Shown here: positions 49,930-63,652 of the stretch, one piece after another
Numbering within the stretch: the first letter of the stretch is position 1
Layout: each line of letters starts with the position of its first letter
Assembly (NCBI GenBank): GCA_951406725.2
Contig: OX597830.1
Location: 45,446,001 to 45,510,000 of the forward strand
DNA length: 64,000 bases
From: Octopus vulgaris
Taxonomy: Eukaryota
Direction of reading: 5' to 3'
Notes under the pieces: model-generated
Told to the model about the DNA's origin: nothing
What the model saw: only the letters and a program-made list of their open reading frames with translations
Databases searched by the model: none
Program-made: the position numbers and the translations under genes

Positions 49930-52153
49930 CCTATGAGGAGCACCCCAAATCTATCCAGTGTGAATTACCACAAAGCAGACTGGAAAGCAATTGAGAAAGA
50001 GATTACCAGACAGGACTGGTCCCAATGTCTCTCTACACCTGACATAGAAATGAAATAGAAAACTTTCATGTCCGTAATACAAGCCATATGCTACAATTTT
50101 GTCCCAGAGAGAAGGGCCACTGCACATAAAAACAAAATTCCCGAGGAAAGAAGGGTTCATATGAGACAATGTACAAAGATTGCAAACCACCTGAACAGTA
50201 GTGAGGATTCTCCCCTGGAAACAGTACTGCTGGAGATTGAGAAGCAGCTGAAGTGCTTGCATGAGAAGGAAAGAGCAGCCAGAGAAGCCTGGGTCATAAA
50301 AGATATAAAATCAGACCTTAAAGTCTTCTTTAAGTATGTCAAGGCGACTGCTACCTTGCGTTGTAGTGTAGGGTCACTCCTTCAAAAAGATGGCTCCCTC
50401 ACAGGATGAGTGAAACACTGAATGAACACCCCACTGTTATGGTATATGTAAGTTAGCAAACCTGTAGAATTCTTTACCTCTACAGAAGCAGAAAGGGAGA
50501 CAGGAAAAATTGATAACATCAATATCGAAGAAAAGGATGTAATACTGGTAATAGATGATGTTGATGCAAACTCAGCTGCTGGCCCCAATGGATTCCCAGC
50601 AATCCTTCTCAAGTCATGCAAATGAGTCTTTGCAAAACTATTGTAACTACTTTTTCAGAGATTCCTTGCAAATGGTAAGCTCCCGGACAAACTGAAGGAA
50701 GGTATAATATGCCCAATCCATAAAGGAGGAGGCAGAGCAGATGCTAAAAACTTTAGGCCTATCTCTCTGACTTCACACAGAAAAATTAGGGAACGAATAG
50801 TCTGAAAGAAAATTAATTGCATTCCTTGAAGAGAATGACTTGCTGACTGACACCCAGAATGGCTTACGACCAGGTAGAAGCTGTCTGACACAGCTCTTGC
50901 AGCATTTCGACTGGGTGCCAAAGCAGCTGTTCAACGCCTCAAATGTGGACGTGATATAGATCGACTTTGCAAAAGTCTTTGACAAAGTCAACCATGTATA
51001 TGTCACAAGCTGCATAATCTCGGCATGGTTGGAAAACTTGGAGAATGGATACATGACTTTCTGAAAGATAAAAATTAGGTAGTGGTGGCCAACAGGGCCA
51101 CCTCCAAGGAAACACAAATAATGTGTGGTGTTCCACATGGCCCTGTTTTGGGGCCGCTGCTATTCATAGAGGCCCTCAGCTGCTCAAGTAGTCACCCTTG
51201 CTAGCAATGCAGATGATACTAAAGTTTCTTAGAGGATACAGATCCCTGGAGACATTGTGCATCTGCAACATGATTTGGACACAATATACAAGTGGGCAGA
51301 GTTTAATGCTGGAAAATTCCAAGCCTTTGCTAACAACACACAAAGCTCAATGAAAAGCAAACAGAATACACTGACCCAGGAGGGATTGCAATCTCTGAAT
51401 TAAAATCAGTGCATGACCTGAGCATCGACATGAATAATGATGCATCTTGCCAGGTGCGTTGTATTACTAAGTTGGCAACAAAATGCAGACAGTCGACCGG
51501 ATGGATCGTTCAAACTTTCAAAACGAGAGAACAAGTAACCATGATGGTCCTCTGGAAGACTTTCATTCTCAGCCATCTGCATTACTGCTCCCAACTGTGG
51601 TCACCAAACAGTATAAAATTATTGACGGAACTTGAGGCAATCCAATGAAGCTACACAAAGAAGATCATCTTAATGCGACGTGTCAGCTACTGGGAGAGAC
51701 TGAAACAGTTAAGATTCTACTCCCTAGAATGAAGGCAGGAAAGATATGCAGTAATATACATCTGGAAGATCCTAGAAGAGCTTGTATCTAACTTTGGCAT
51801 TGTAAGTTACACAAATAGCAAAACGGGACGCTACTGCATAGTACCAAAAATCTCGACATTACCATCAGGATACAGAACCAGATACTACAACAGCTTGGCC
51901 TTTATGGGCTGACAGCTTTCAATATCTTCCTACAAAGACTGAGAGACTTGCATGGTGTGGATGTAGGCATTTTCAAAACAAAACCAGATCACCATCTGTC
52001 AGGAGTTCCAGATGAACCTACCTCAAAGCGAGGGCAGCAATGTCAAATTCCCTCATTCACCAAATGTCACACATCAAAGGAGGTTTAGTGGAAGTGTAGC
52101 AAAGCAAACAGCAGTGCCCCAGTATGGCCACAACAGTCAGGCTGAAACTAAAA
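49930..52153 (+). mobile_element. Degenerate CR1-group LINE (RT region and 3' end)
   Basis: SAAGPNGFP, FRPISLTSH, IDFAKVFDKVNH, GVPHGPVLGPLLF, ADDTKV, HLHYCSQLWSP; many stops. Confidence 0.88.
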
Positions 52154-52309
52154 TATATATGTGTGTGTTTTGCGCTTTTAAGCATTAAGCATCTCTATAA
52201 AATGACCTCTCTAGGTGAATATTGCTGTACTCAGCACTCTAACAATAATTCTGTGATAAGTGGGGTATAAAGATTGCCTTTGGTGTCAATACTGCTGCCA
52301 TTGCTAATA

Positions 52310-52747
52310 TCTAATATAAATAAAAAACTCCCTACTTGACTTTAAAAGGATTTATCAAATCTTATCAGGTGGTGCTATTGAGTTAGAGAGGGCCTGGGTC
52401 AATCTTTGGTCAAAACATATCTACGTTTATCTAAGTTTATATTCTATAATATAAATTGGATATGGGCAATCGTTGTATTCTTTTTTGTCTTAAGGTTCAC
52501 AGCCAAACGGCTGGGTGGATTCGAGTGAAAAATGGTACACATGTGGAGATGAGTGCATAGATTGGAATGCAGTTTGTATTCGTTTCCTAGCCCCCATAGT
52601 TACCAAGAACTATGTGTGTGTGTGTGTGTGCCACTGAAGCCATTCATACAGACATACATAACCTCTCTCTCTCTCTCGCTTTTTCTCTGTCAATCACTCA
52701 CACATTCACTCACTACAAAAAGTGAATAAAAAATTTCAGTTATCTCT

Positions 52748-52785
<38 letters not shown>

Positions 52786-53350
52786 TAACAAAAGCAATTC
52801 ACAATCACACCACACATTCCATCTCGCACACCCCATCAAACACACTCACACACACACACACACACACACACGCACATCAATTCTTCCAATTCACTCATAC
52901 AATTGTGCTCTCTCTGTCTCTTTTGCTTTCATGCCGACTTCAAAAGACCCCCTTTCCCCCCAACACCATATTAAAAAAATAAAAATTTTTTATGGAAACC
53001 AACGATCATCTTCAAAAATGTAAATAAACACACGTGGTTTATAAATGGTTTGTAAGTGACAGTCGTGTGTTCCCTTAACAAAAGATCGCCCAATGTTTTA
53101 ATGATTAGACAGAGGTCCAATAGAATAGCTCTCAGAAACAGACCACGTACAAATTCATTCTTCACAACTCCTGAAGCTTTTTTCTGGCAAGGGGAGGGGG
53201 TCAGGAAATTTTCATACAGCTGGAGGCTCCAATCGAAACAGGGGACCCAAAATGATAAGGTTGAGAAACCCTGTTAGAGATTATGCCTAACCGAAAACGA
53301 TCACAGCCAAATCATCCAAACAGACCGGGTGAAACCGGGCTTAGCTGCTA

Positions 53351-53351
<1 letters not shown>
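52310..53351 (+). mobile_element. Non-autonomous Helitron-like element
   Basis: A|TCTAATATAAATAAA start; 3' hairpin ccgggtgaaaccggg then CTAG|T. Confidence 0.65.
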
Positions 53352-53391
<40 letters not shown>

Positions 53392-53394
<3 letters not shown>

Positions 53395-53832
53395 GTCGTT
53401 GTCAATTTACAACCGCTCAACTTTACAACAATTGGCATGCCAGCTCCCAGCAGCAATAATAAATTGTTCAGTTGAAATCTTATGGGTTTAATTCCTTAGA
53501 AATTAACCCATCTACGGATGATGTCAGCTAACAAACACTTCCTCTAGGTTTGGTAATCAATCACCACTGTGTTGGATGACTTTCCTGTTGCTGAGACATC
53601 AAGGCAACCTTGTATTGTTTATAAGATGACTGCTTAAGACTTCAAAATTTTTGACTGTCACCAGAATAATAGTATAATATAGGATGTTGTGTGTGACTGT
53701 TACCTGAGAATGTACCTTAAGAATGTAAAAATATAAAACAAAGCTATGTTGGCCCATAGACGAAGTTACAACCAAATCAATCTACGACCAGTCAGTCAGA
53801 ACAAATTGCAGTCGTAGGTTGACGACGACCTG
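53392..53832. mobile_element. Tc1/mariner/pogo-type MITE
   Basis: TA|CAGGTCGTTGTCAA...TTGACGACGACCTG|TA. Confidence 0.85.
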
Positions 53833-54196
53833 TATATGTATGTATAGGTATATATATATACATATATGTATATATATGTATAGTCTAGGACCATCAGTAA
53901 GTTGTCATAATAGGACTCAGTGTTTCATATGCTGGAGCTAAGAGCTACAATAAATTCTCATTGGCTATTATGGCAACAGACACTATAAAAAAAAAACATT
54001 GAATAAAAGGGAAGTTACTCTAATAGGTGGGAAAAAATATAAAAGAAAAATACATGCAACCATATTCTCACAATACATAAAAACTTCCTGTGTTCATAAC
54101 GTCTACATACGTACACACACAAACATGTATATATACATGCCCATACACACATAAACATATGTGTGTAATTACATACTCAAACACATATCCACACAC

Positions 54197-54248
<52 letters not shown>

Positions 54249-54251
<3 letters not shown>

Positions 54252-54316
54252 GGAGTTAAATGCAGGTGTTATTCAAATCTTCAAAGATTTGAATAACACC
54301 TGTGTTTAACTCCATT
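54249..54316. repeat. Short hairpin (about 33-bp arms) abutting (TA)n
   Basis: aatggagttaaa..aggtgttattcaaatct / agatttgaataacacct..tttaactccatt. Confidence 0.85.
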
Positions 54317-55117
54317 CATTTATTTATGTTATACAAAAACATTTCACCAAAACCTAGAATTTCTACCTTTTTTGCTACCCTGGTAACTATTTATTTTTTC
54401 CATGTTATTTGTAGACATTGAAAAAATACACATACATTTATATATATATATGTATTTAAACCCACACACATGTACATTCATATATGCTCATACACGTATA
54501 ATATTGTAGATCAATAATGAAGAAACCGTATAATGTTGAATGAATCCAAGAAGACTCTTTTATGATGGTTTCTGCTTTTAAATTCTGAAAAATTGAAATG
54601 AACTGAATTAAATTGAAGAACTTGTATTACATCAAGAAATAATTTTGAATTTGTTTTTTTTTTTTGCAGAGAGAGAGAGAAGTGGGAGATTTTGGACCTT
54701 CAGTTATGTAGAAGATGGGATGAACGAACGACTGGTATAGTGAATTTTAAACTTATTAAAATTATCAAATGTGATGTAGAAAGGTTGTGAAGTTTATAAC
54801 TTCCTGTTGCTATTGTTAGACTTGTCAATTCAAAAAAATCAATATTCAGCTAATTGTGGTCTTAAAAATATTTCTTAAAAATATTTTATTTTTGTAATTA
54901 TTTTTTGATCTCTTCGTGAATTTTAAAAGTCTTAACTAAAATACGCTTTTAAAAGAATTTTACCACTCAACCCATGTTTATCTTTTGTTCTTATATTATG
55001 AACCTCTAATTTCACTCTTTCTCTAATCTGTCTTCTAACTTCTTACTTTTCAGCAATTTTGAACCATTCTCTCTCTCCCTCCCTCTCTCCCTCTCTCTCT
55101 TCCTCTCTCTCTCTCTC

Positions 55118-55175
<58 letters not shown>

Positions 55176-55420
55176 CTTACTCTGTTTACACTTTCTCCCA
55201 TACAACCCCAGTTCAACATTATCTCAATAAACAATTCATTTTTCAATTTAATTCAGTTTTATTTCTTTGAATTCAAAAGAAGAAACTACAGCAAAATAAT
55301 TTTCCTGAATTTATTTAGACTTATTGTTTATTTGTTGCATGATTACTTTACTTCCAGTATTGAGTACTTCATAAAGAATGTTGTCAGTCTGCACACATAC
55401 ACATAAACACATATACACAT

Positions 55421-55462
<42 letters not shown>

Positions 55463-55499
55463 TCACACTCACACACACATATGTATTCATATATATATT

Positions 55500-56300
55500 T
55501 TTTTTACTTGTTTCACTTATTTGTCTATGGCCATGCTGGAGCACCACTTTTAGTCAAACAAATTCACCCCAGGACTTATTCTATTGGGCTCTTTTGCCAA
55601 ACTGCTAAGTTACAGGCACACCATCAACGGTTGTCAAGCAATGGTGGGGGGGAAAAACACAGACACACAAATACATACATATACACACACAAACACACAC
55701 ACACATAAAGATATATATAAAACATATGCATATATATAAACATATATGTACGTACCTACCTCTACATGTACATATACACGCATATATGAGTACAGGACAC
55801 CAAAAAGACGTTGAACACAATGAGAAATGAAAACATAGACACAAACCCAAGGAACTGGACATTTTTTTAAACAACAAAAAAATAGAGTACAGGATAATTA
55901 ACACAAAGAAAAAAACCCTTCTTCAGTCGCTATGGTTTCATCTACTCTACGTTTCGAAGGTGAAAGCAAGACGTATCTTCGACAAGAAACTTTCCTTCTT
56001 GCGAAAAGCAAGTCAATTGAAATTCTGAGATGTTTTCGCAGAGGGGTAAAAAATAGTAACAAAAACAGGACAGTAATGACAGTACAAATTATAAACAGTA
56101 AAAGACAGGACAAGGAAAAACAAGATAAGAAGGGCTGTATATATATACGACAGGCTTCTTTCAATTTTCATTTACCAAATCCATTCACAAGTCTTTGGTC
56201 AGCATGAGGCTATAGTAGAAGACAGTTGCCCAAAGTGCCACACAGTGGGGTTGAACCTGGAATCATGTGGTTGGGAAGCAATCTTCTTACCACACAACCA
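55500..56300 (-). mobile_element. SINE family A split by an insertion of about 400 bp in its internal microsatellite
   Basis: 3' half at 55500-55700, 5' half at 56140-56300. Confidence 0.75.
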
Positions 56301-56366
56301 CATACATATATTTGAAAAATCAATAGACAGCTTTTTGCAGGGTATAATTTTTATTTGAATTTTAAT

Positions 56367-56430
<64 letters not shown>

Positions 56431-56597
56431 TGTGTGCGTGTGTATGTGTGTGCAAACTGAGAATCTTTTTATTGTTCTTTAACTTTTCTATTAAATGTAA
56501 TTTTCTAGATGGTGTAATTTAATTGTTCATTTTGAATTGATAAAATTTATATATATATATATACATTGATATATCTATTGATATATATATATATATA

Positions 56598-57011
56598 TAC
56601 TCTTTTACTCTTTTACTTGTTTCAGTCATTTGACTGCGGCCATGCTGGAGCACCACCTTTAGTCAAGCAAATCTACCCCAGGACTTATTCTTTGCAAGCC
56701 TAGTACTTATTCTATCGGTCTCTTTTGCCGAACCGCTAAGTTACGGGGACGTAAACACACCAGCATCGGTTGTCAAACGATGTTGGAGGGACAAACACAG
56801 ACACACAAACTCACACACACACATATATATATATATACATATACATATATACGACGGGCTTCTTTCAGTTTCTGTCAACCAGATCCACTCACACTTTGGT
56901 CGGCTCGAGGCTACAGTAGAAGGCATTTGCCCAAGGTGCCATGCAGTGGGACTGAACCCGGAACCATGTGGTTGGTTAGCAAGCTACTTACCACACAGCC
57001 ACTCCTGCGCC
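56598..57011 (-). mobile_element. SINE family A, full length
   Basis: Near-identical to 18445-18873. Confidence 0.9.
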
Positions 57012-57464
57012 TATATATATATATATCATCATCATCATCATTGTTTTAATATTCACTTCTTTTCCATACTAGCCCATTGGCTTAGTTATGTTTATTATAC
57101 TTTACACTGATGTTGCATGATTGTCCTTCATTGGGATTCAAATTTTGCTAATAATATAAGCTATGCCTGTTTAGCTGTAGAGGCACAGTTGTTGCTTCTA
57201 GAGACCATGCCAAGCAGACATGGACCTGGCGCAGCCCCCTGGCTCGTCTGTTCTTGTCAAATCATCCAACCCATGCCAGCATGGAAAAAGGGATATTGAT
57301 GATGATGATGATGATGTCGATTGTGGTGGAGGTGGTGGTGGTCGGAATGGTGTGGAGAAGGTGGATATTTAATTCTGTAACCAAACTGAGTATTCTAGTT
57401 TTGTCCATATAATTTCATTTGCAGTATATCATATATATATATATATATATGTATGTATATATTG

Positions 57465-58072
57465 TGCTTGAAAAGACCCGGCAAGCCAAGTGAGACCATA
57501 ACCCGTGGCCTATGCCAGTGGTGTAACCAGCCCACCTATGCATACCTTTCCTTCATTGGACACTAAACAGGTGAAATCGAAATCGCAAACAAATTCTATG
57601 ACAGCCCCACATGACTGGCAGCCCTGCCAGAGGAGTGCTAAGAGCACCATCTGAGCATGATTGTTGCCAAGGCTGCTGACTGGCTCCTGTGCCAGTGGCA
57701 TGTAAAATGCACCATTCGAGCATGATCGTTACCAGCATCGCCTTACTGGCACTTGGCTAGTGGCATGTGAAAAACAACATTCGAGTGAGGTCTTTGCCAG
57801 TGCCACTAGACTGGCTCCTGTGCAGGTGGCACGTAAAAACACCAATTGAGCATGACCATTGCCAGTACCGCCTGACCGGCCCTCATGCTGGAGGCACGTA
57901 GAAGCACCCACTACACTCTCGGAGTGGTTGGCGTTATTAAGGCAATTCAGCTGTAGAAACTCTGCCAGATCAAATTGGATCCAGGTGTAGCCATCTGGCT
58001 CGCCAGTCCTCAGTCACACCGTCTAACTCATGCCAGCATGGAAAGCGGATGTTAAACGATGATGATGATGAT
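57465..58072 (+). mobile_element. RTE LINE 3' end with expanded internal tandem units
   Basis: 57465-57562 matches the reverse complement of 24855-24955; (GAT)n tail. Confidence 0.85.
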
Positions 58073-58081
58073 AAATATATA

Positions 58082-58138
<57 letters not shown>

Positions 58139-58249
58139 ATATATATATATATATATCGTCCAACCCGTGCTAGCGAGGAAAACGGACGTTAAACGATGAT
58201 GATGATGATGATGATGATGTATATGTATAAATATATATATATATATATA

Positions 58250-58505
58250 TTAGTCAATTTAGGGTAGCAAAAAATTCAATAGAAATTTATCGCTACCAAC
58301 GGCCTGGTGGAAAAGAGAAAATAGTCATCGACTAAGTATATAAATATAACAATTTAGGAATGACCTAACAGGTCATTGTCCACCAGAAAGACAGCCATAA
58401 CTCACACCGCCAAGTAGTAGTAATTCGAATTACTACTACTTGGCGGTTGAGTTATGGCTGCTCTTTCTGGTGGACGAATGACCTGTTAGGGTCATTCCTA
58501 AATTG

Positions 58506-58511
<6 letters not shown>
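58250..58511. repeat. Loop-less palindrome (58344-58511, centre TTCGAA) plus tail inside (TA)n
   Basis: About 83-bp arms with a few 1-nt indels. Confidence 0.9.
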
Positions 58512-58579
<68 letters not shown>

Positions 58580-58581
<2 letters not shown>

Positions 58582-58961
58582 TCTTTTACTCTTTTACTTG
58601 TTTCAGCAAATCGACCCCAGGACTTATTCTTTGTAAGCCTAGTACTTATTCTATCGGTTTCTTTACCGAACTGTTAAGTTACGGGGACGCAAATACACCA
58701 ATATCGGTTGTCAAGCGATGTTGGGGGAACAAACACAGACACACAAACACACACACACATATATATATGTATATATATATACATATATACATATACACAA
58801 CGAGCTTCTTTCAGTGTCTGTCTACCAAATCCACTCACAAGGCTTTGGTCAACCTGAGGCTATAGTAGCAGACACTTGCCCAAGGTGCCATGCAGTGGGA
58901 CTGAACCCAGAACCATATGGCTGGTAAGCAAGCTATTTACCACACAGCCACTCCTACACCT
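58580..58961 (-). mobile_element. SINE family A
   Basis: Homologous to 56598-57011. Confidence 0.85.
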
Positions 58962-59034
58962 ATATATATATATGTGTGTGTGTGTCTGTGTGTGTGTGTG
59001 TATGTGTGTGATTATGTGTTTGTGTGTATGTGAA

Positions 59035-59348
59035 GGCGCATGGCTTAGTGGTTAGCATATTCAGCTTGTGAGCCTGTTTCTCGGCGGTGCATTGTGTCCT
59101 TGAGCAAGACATTTCATTTCACGTTGCTCCAGTCTGCTTATCTGGCAAAAATGAGTTGTACCTTTATTTCAAGGGGCCAGCCTTATCATACTCTTTCTCT
59201 GTATCATGCTGAATCTCCCTGAAAAATATGTAAAAAGAGGTACGCGTGTCTATGGAGTGCTCAGCCACTTGTACATTTATCTAACGAGCAAGCTGTTCTG
59301 TTGATCGTATCAGCTGGGACCCTTGTTATCATAACCAATGGAGTGCTT
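59035..59348 (+). mobile_element. SINE family C
   Basis: ggcgcatggcttagtggttag head; tgtgtccttgagcaagaca core. Confidence 0.8.
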
Positions 59349-59469
59349 CCATCATCATCATCATCATCATCGTTTAACGTCCATTCTCCATGCTAGCATG
59401 GGTTGGACGGTTCGACCGGGGATCTGGGAAGCCAGAAGGCTGCACCAGGCTCCAGTCTTATCTGGATCA

Positions 59470-60270
59470 CTAGATGTCATCAGAAGTTTCTGGACTACAT
59501 GTTCTGTGGTTGTACAGGTCAATAGAAGTGCATTCACAGCTGACGAACACAAGTAGCTGGCCAACTGAGTTGTCAGTCTGTAAATAGGCTTTATCCTCTC
59601 TGTTTCTCTTCCATTTGTATGTGACGTTTTGCAATGTAGAGTTAGAACAGTTCTGCAATCTCTACATTGACTCATAAAATGGAACTATGTGCCTAAATCA
59701 AACTTTTCATGAAGCTCAGCAAATCTGCTAGTGCTTTGTCTGGCTTTTAGCAAATGTTTTTTGGTTGGGGTCAGGCTGTTGGGTTCAAAGCCAGCCAAGT
59801 CACAGTTCAAAATGATGAGCATTGAAGGTGACCAGTCCCTGGCAAAGTACCAGAAAATGTGAAAAAGGATTGTGAACTCATCAATGAGGACCATCATAAG
59901 ATAATTCCTCAACTCTCTCACATAACTGGAATTACTTCTCGAGTCTGTCAAGAGATTCTAACAGACAGCCCAAACATTCACCATATAAAGCTTGTCTGCT
60001 GTACTCACCTATTCCCTTATAACTTGGCAGGGTTTTTCTTTCCGAAATGGAATCAAAGCTGAAGGCCACTTCAAGATACCAGATGAAATTCAAATCAAAC
60101 TGCCAGGGGTATTGGATGGCTTTCAGGAAGAGGACTTCCACGGTGCTTTTTGATGTTCCCAAGAAAACTGTTTCAAAGGAGATAGTGGTTGATTGTAAGT
60201 TCTACAAGAAATATATTAACAGGGATACTGATATACTATTTTTAGAGATTTTGTAGTTCTTTCTGACAGC
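59470..60270 (+). mobile_element. Highly decayed mariner-type element
   Basis: ELINEDHH..I..L..ITGITSRVCQEILT (mariner HTH region) and YSP..LA..FFFPKM..KLK remnants. Confidence 0.6.
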
Positions 60271-61662
60271 AACTCATTTATATGTGTTATATGTATGTGT
60301 GTTGTGTGCACATGTAATGTGTGTGTGTGTGTTTGTGTGTGCATTTGTGTGCGTGTGTGTGTGTTTGTGCGCATGTGCGCGTGTGTGCGTGTGTGTATGT
60401 GTGTGTGTGTGTGTGCGCATGTGCGCGTGTGTGCGTGTGTGTGTGCGTGACTCAATCATTCTGACTGATATAATACATTTTATCTCTCTGAATATAATTA
60501 CAAAATCATTCTACATAATATAAAACTTGGCTTCAACATATATTGTGATAGATTTTGTTTTCCTATGAAAACCAAGAAGAAAATTGAGAAGAAAATTGGA
60601 AAGTCAATTGTTCATAGTTTGTAATTTCTCTGAAATAGATTTATTTACAGCAGGGAGTGTTAATTTTTTTATTTTATTGTTTTATAGAATATTTCATTCA
60701 CCTGCTTTGGATAAATAATTCTGTTGGGAAGAAAGGAACATGTTTTGTTTTCTTTTGTTTTGTTTTTTTTATTTTTTGTTTTTTTTCTTACAAATACCTG
60801 TTTTATAATACATTGATTGATTAATGAAAACATTAACATTCTGAAATGGCAAATGTTCTAATGACAAATGACAAAAATACTGACCTGAATAAAGATACAA
60901 ATTGATGAATATTGGAGTGAATTATTTCAGCAGTGTTATATTTGCTATGTGGTGGGGTGGGGGCCACATAGATTTGATCTGAAGAGTTAGAAAACTGGCA
61001 AGTTTCATACTAAACTTCAAGCCTATCATAAGACCCCTCCCCACGAATCATTTATTTATAAAAAATCAAATAAATTATTATTGTTTTTATGATGATCATG
61101 ATATTTTCAACAGAATTAGGTGTCGGCACTTTCAGGTGCACTTCCATATTCTTGAGGTGTATTGACGGCATTGTGTTTCCTGGCTAGATTTGTTTTACCT
61201 TGTCACAAGTTGGTTTTTTTTGCTTTTGGAGGTTTACTTCTAGGGTTTCATATGTTGGAGCCATACAATCTGAGTTGTTTTGCTGTTGGGTGGTGATTCT
61301 GCTTTCTATGTGATTTTATAGAGTCTGGGTTATGTTAAATGAGGGGGCAGATGCAGAGTAAAATACTCCTGGGAGGTGGGGTATGGGATAGATGGTCTCA
61401 TGTGAGATTTTGGTGCTGTGGGATGGGTTCTAGGATTGTCGTTGTTGTTGTTGTTATTATTATTATTACTATTATCATTATGATCATCATCATCATCATT
61501 GTCATTATTATTTTGTTTTGTATTCATCACAGACTGCGTCACTATCTGAAGACATTGGGCAAGAGAAGTAATGACTGGAATGTCTCAGATATAATATATG
61601 TGTGTGTATGAACATGTATATGTATATAGGTGTGTGTGTATATATATATGTTTGTGTGTGTG

Positions 61663-61703
<41 letters not shown>

Positions 61704-61726
61704 TTGTATTTTTATATATACATATA

Positions 61727-61777
<51 letters not shown>

Positions 61778-62002
61778 ATATGTGTGTGTGTGTATGTATG
61801 TACATATGTATGTATTTGTGTACACACACACACATATAAATATGTAGCAAGTATATTATACCTAGTCCAAGCACAATAAGCTTTGAACTATTTCAGAGTT
61901 TGCCATTTATAGTAGGAACTACTTTTTTGGCAAATCATAATTGTATCCTTGAGTAGTTTTTTGCAGTGAATATAAGGATGTGGGTTCAATTGCTAAACAT
62001 GC

Positions 62003-62052
<50 letters not shown>

Positions 62053-62159
62053 TGCACACATATATACATATATACATACATACATACATACATACATACA
62101 TACATACATACATACATACATACATACATACATACATACATACATACACACACATACAT

Positions 62160-62205
<46 letters not shown>

Positions 62206-62574
62206 ATGTGTACATACTTTTTTATTGGCTTCAGTCATTGGACTGTGACCATGCTGGAGCACATTTTCAAAGATTTTTGTCAATGTGATTGACTCCCAGG
62301 ACTTATTTTAGTCAGGTCCTTATTTCATTGATGTCTGTTGAAAGACTAAGTCACCATTTTCGACAAGATGCAAGTTAACACTCAGGATCACATTAGTAAA
62401 TACAAGCACACAAAGAAAAACAGACTAAACAGAACTAAAACATTCAACAAAATACATGAAATAACCTAATCTTTACTACTTCAACTACGACTACCACTAC
62501 TATTACTATACTACCACAACAACTACTACTACTACAACTATTACTATTATTATTATTATTATTATTATTATTAT

Positions 62575-63050
62575 CATTGAGTGAGCGAGCAGAGCATGCC
62601 ATCAAAGTGACACTGGGGTAAAATATACGAAGCCCAATATACCCATCATGACTACCCGTCTGATAAAGGTACACCAGGCACATGCATCACAACCATATGT
62701 GCGCGACATGGTGATCTCATATCAAGATAAACAGCACATGACCTTGCAGGTGGGGCCCAGTTAGAATTTTCTTCAGGTTGAGTAGCCCATCCCGCTCAAA
62801 CGGTCCCTGAATAAGGGTTGTTTAAGGATGTTGAAAGAACCACCCATGTTTCCAGAGGTGAATTATTCAAACCCCAAAGAATCCCTCTCAACACATGGCT
62901 ATGATGCTCCCCCACTACTTCTGCTCTTGATCAGAGATGCACATATCGTCAGCCACTAAGGGACATGCTCAACTGGTTAAGGTCAAACAACTGACAAGCA
63001 AATCTGTGGTATTGAGCAGAATATTTGCTGTAGCCCATCTTTTATACCAA
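62575..63050. mobile_element. Probable interspersed repeat between (TAT)n tracts
   Basis: Block of higher GC and complexity bounded by microsatellites; single copy in the window, so family unassigned. Confidence 0.35.
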
Positions 63051-63067
63051 TTATTATTATTATTATT

Positions 63068-63101
<34 letters not shown>

Positions 63102-63173
63102 TAACTTAGGTTTTGTTGGATCTCCTGGAGTCTTGCATGAGTGGTGGGTTTGCAACCTACAGTACAATGCTAC

Positions 63174-63588
63174 TGTGGGTATCTGACTGTCATCACATGA
63201 AGTGGAAAAAAATTTGCTACCGATTACTGCCTCTTCAAAACCTAAGAAAAATCAATTTATTATTCAAGTAGTGTGGGTTTAGCTAACGCTGGACAGGATG
63301 TTTTACTTGCTGGAACAAACGTAGTATATATACATCAAGTATGCATTGCTCCCACCTCTTACAACAATGAATTCTCTTGCATGTAGTGTACCTAATTAAA
63401 ATTACATGGAGTTGACCCAAAAGCGTAAAGTACTTTGGCTACAGTCACAATGTCGTGTTAGTTGAAGTACAATGCTATTAGTTAGGTTTTTTTTTTTTTT
63501 TTTTCTCTTAACTACCTAATACTTTCCTGATGATTCTGGCCATGCTAAGGAGGCAAACATTTTGCAACAGCTCTACTCTGATTTCCTA

Positions 63589-63652
<64 letters not shown>

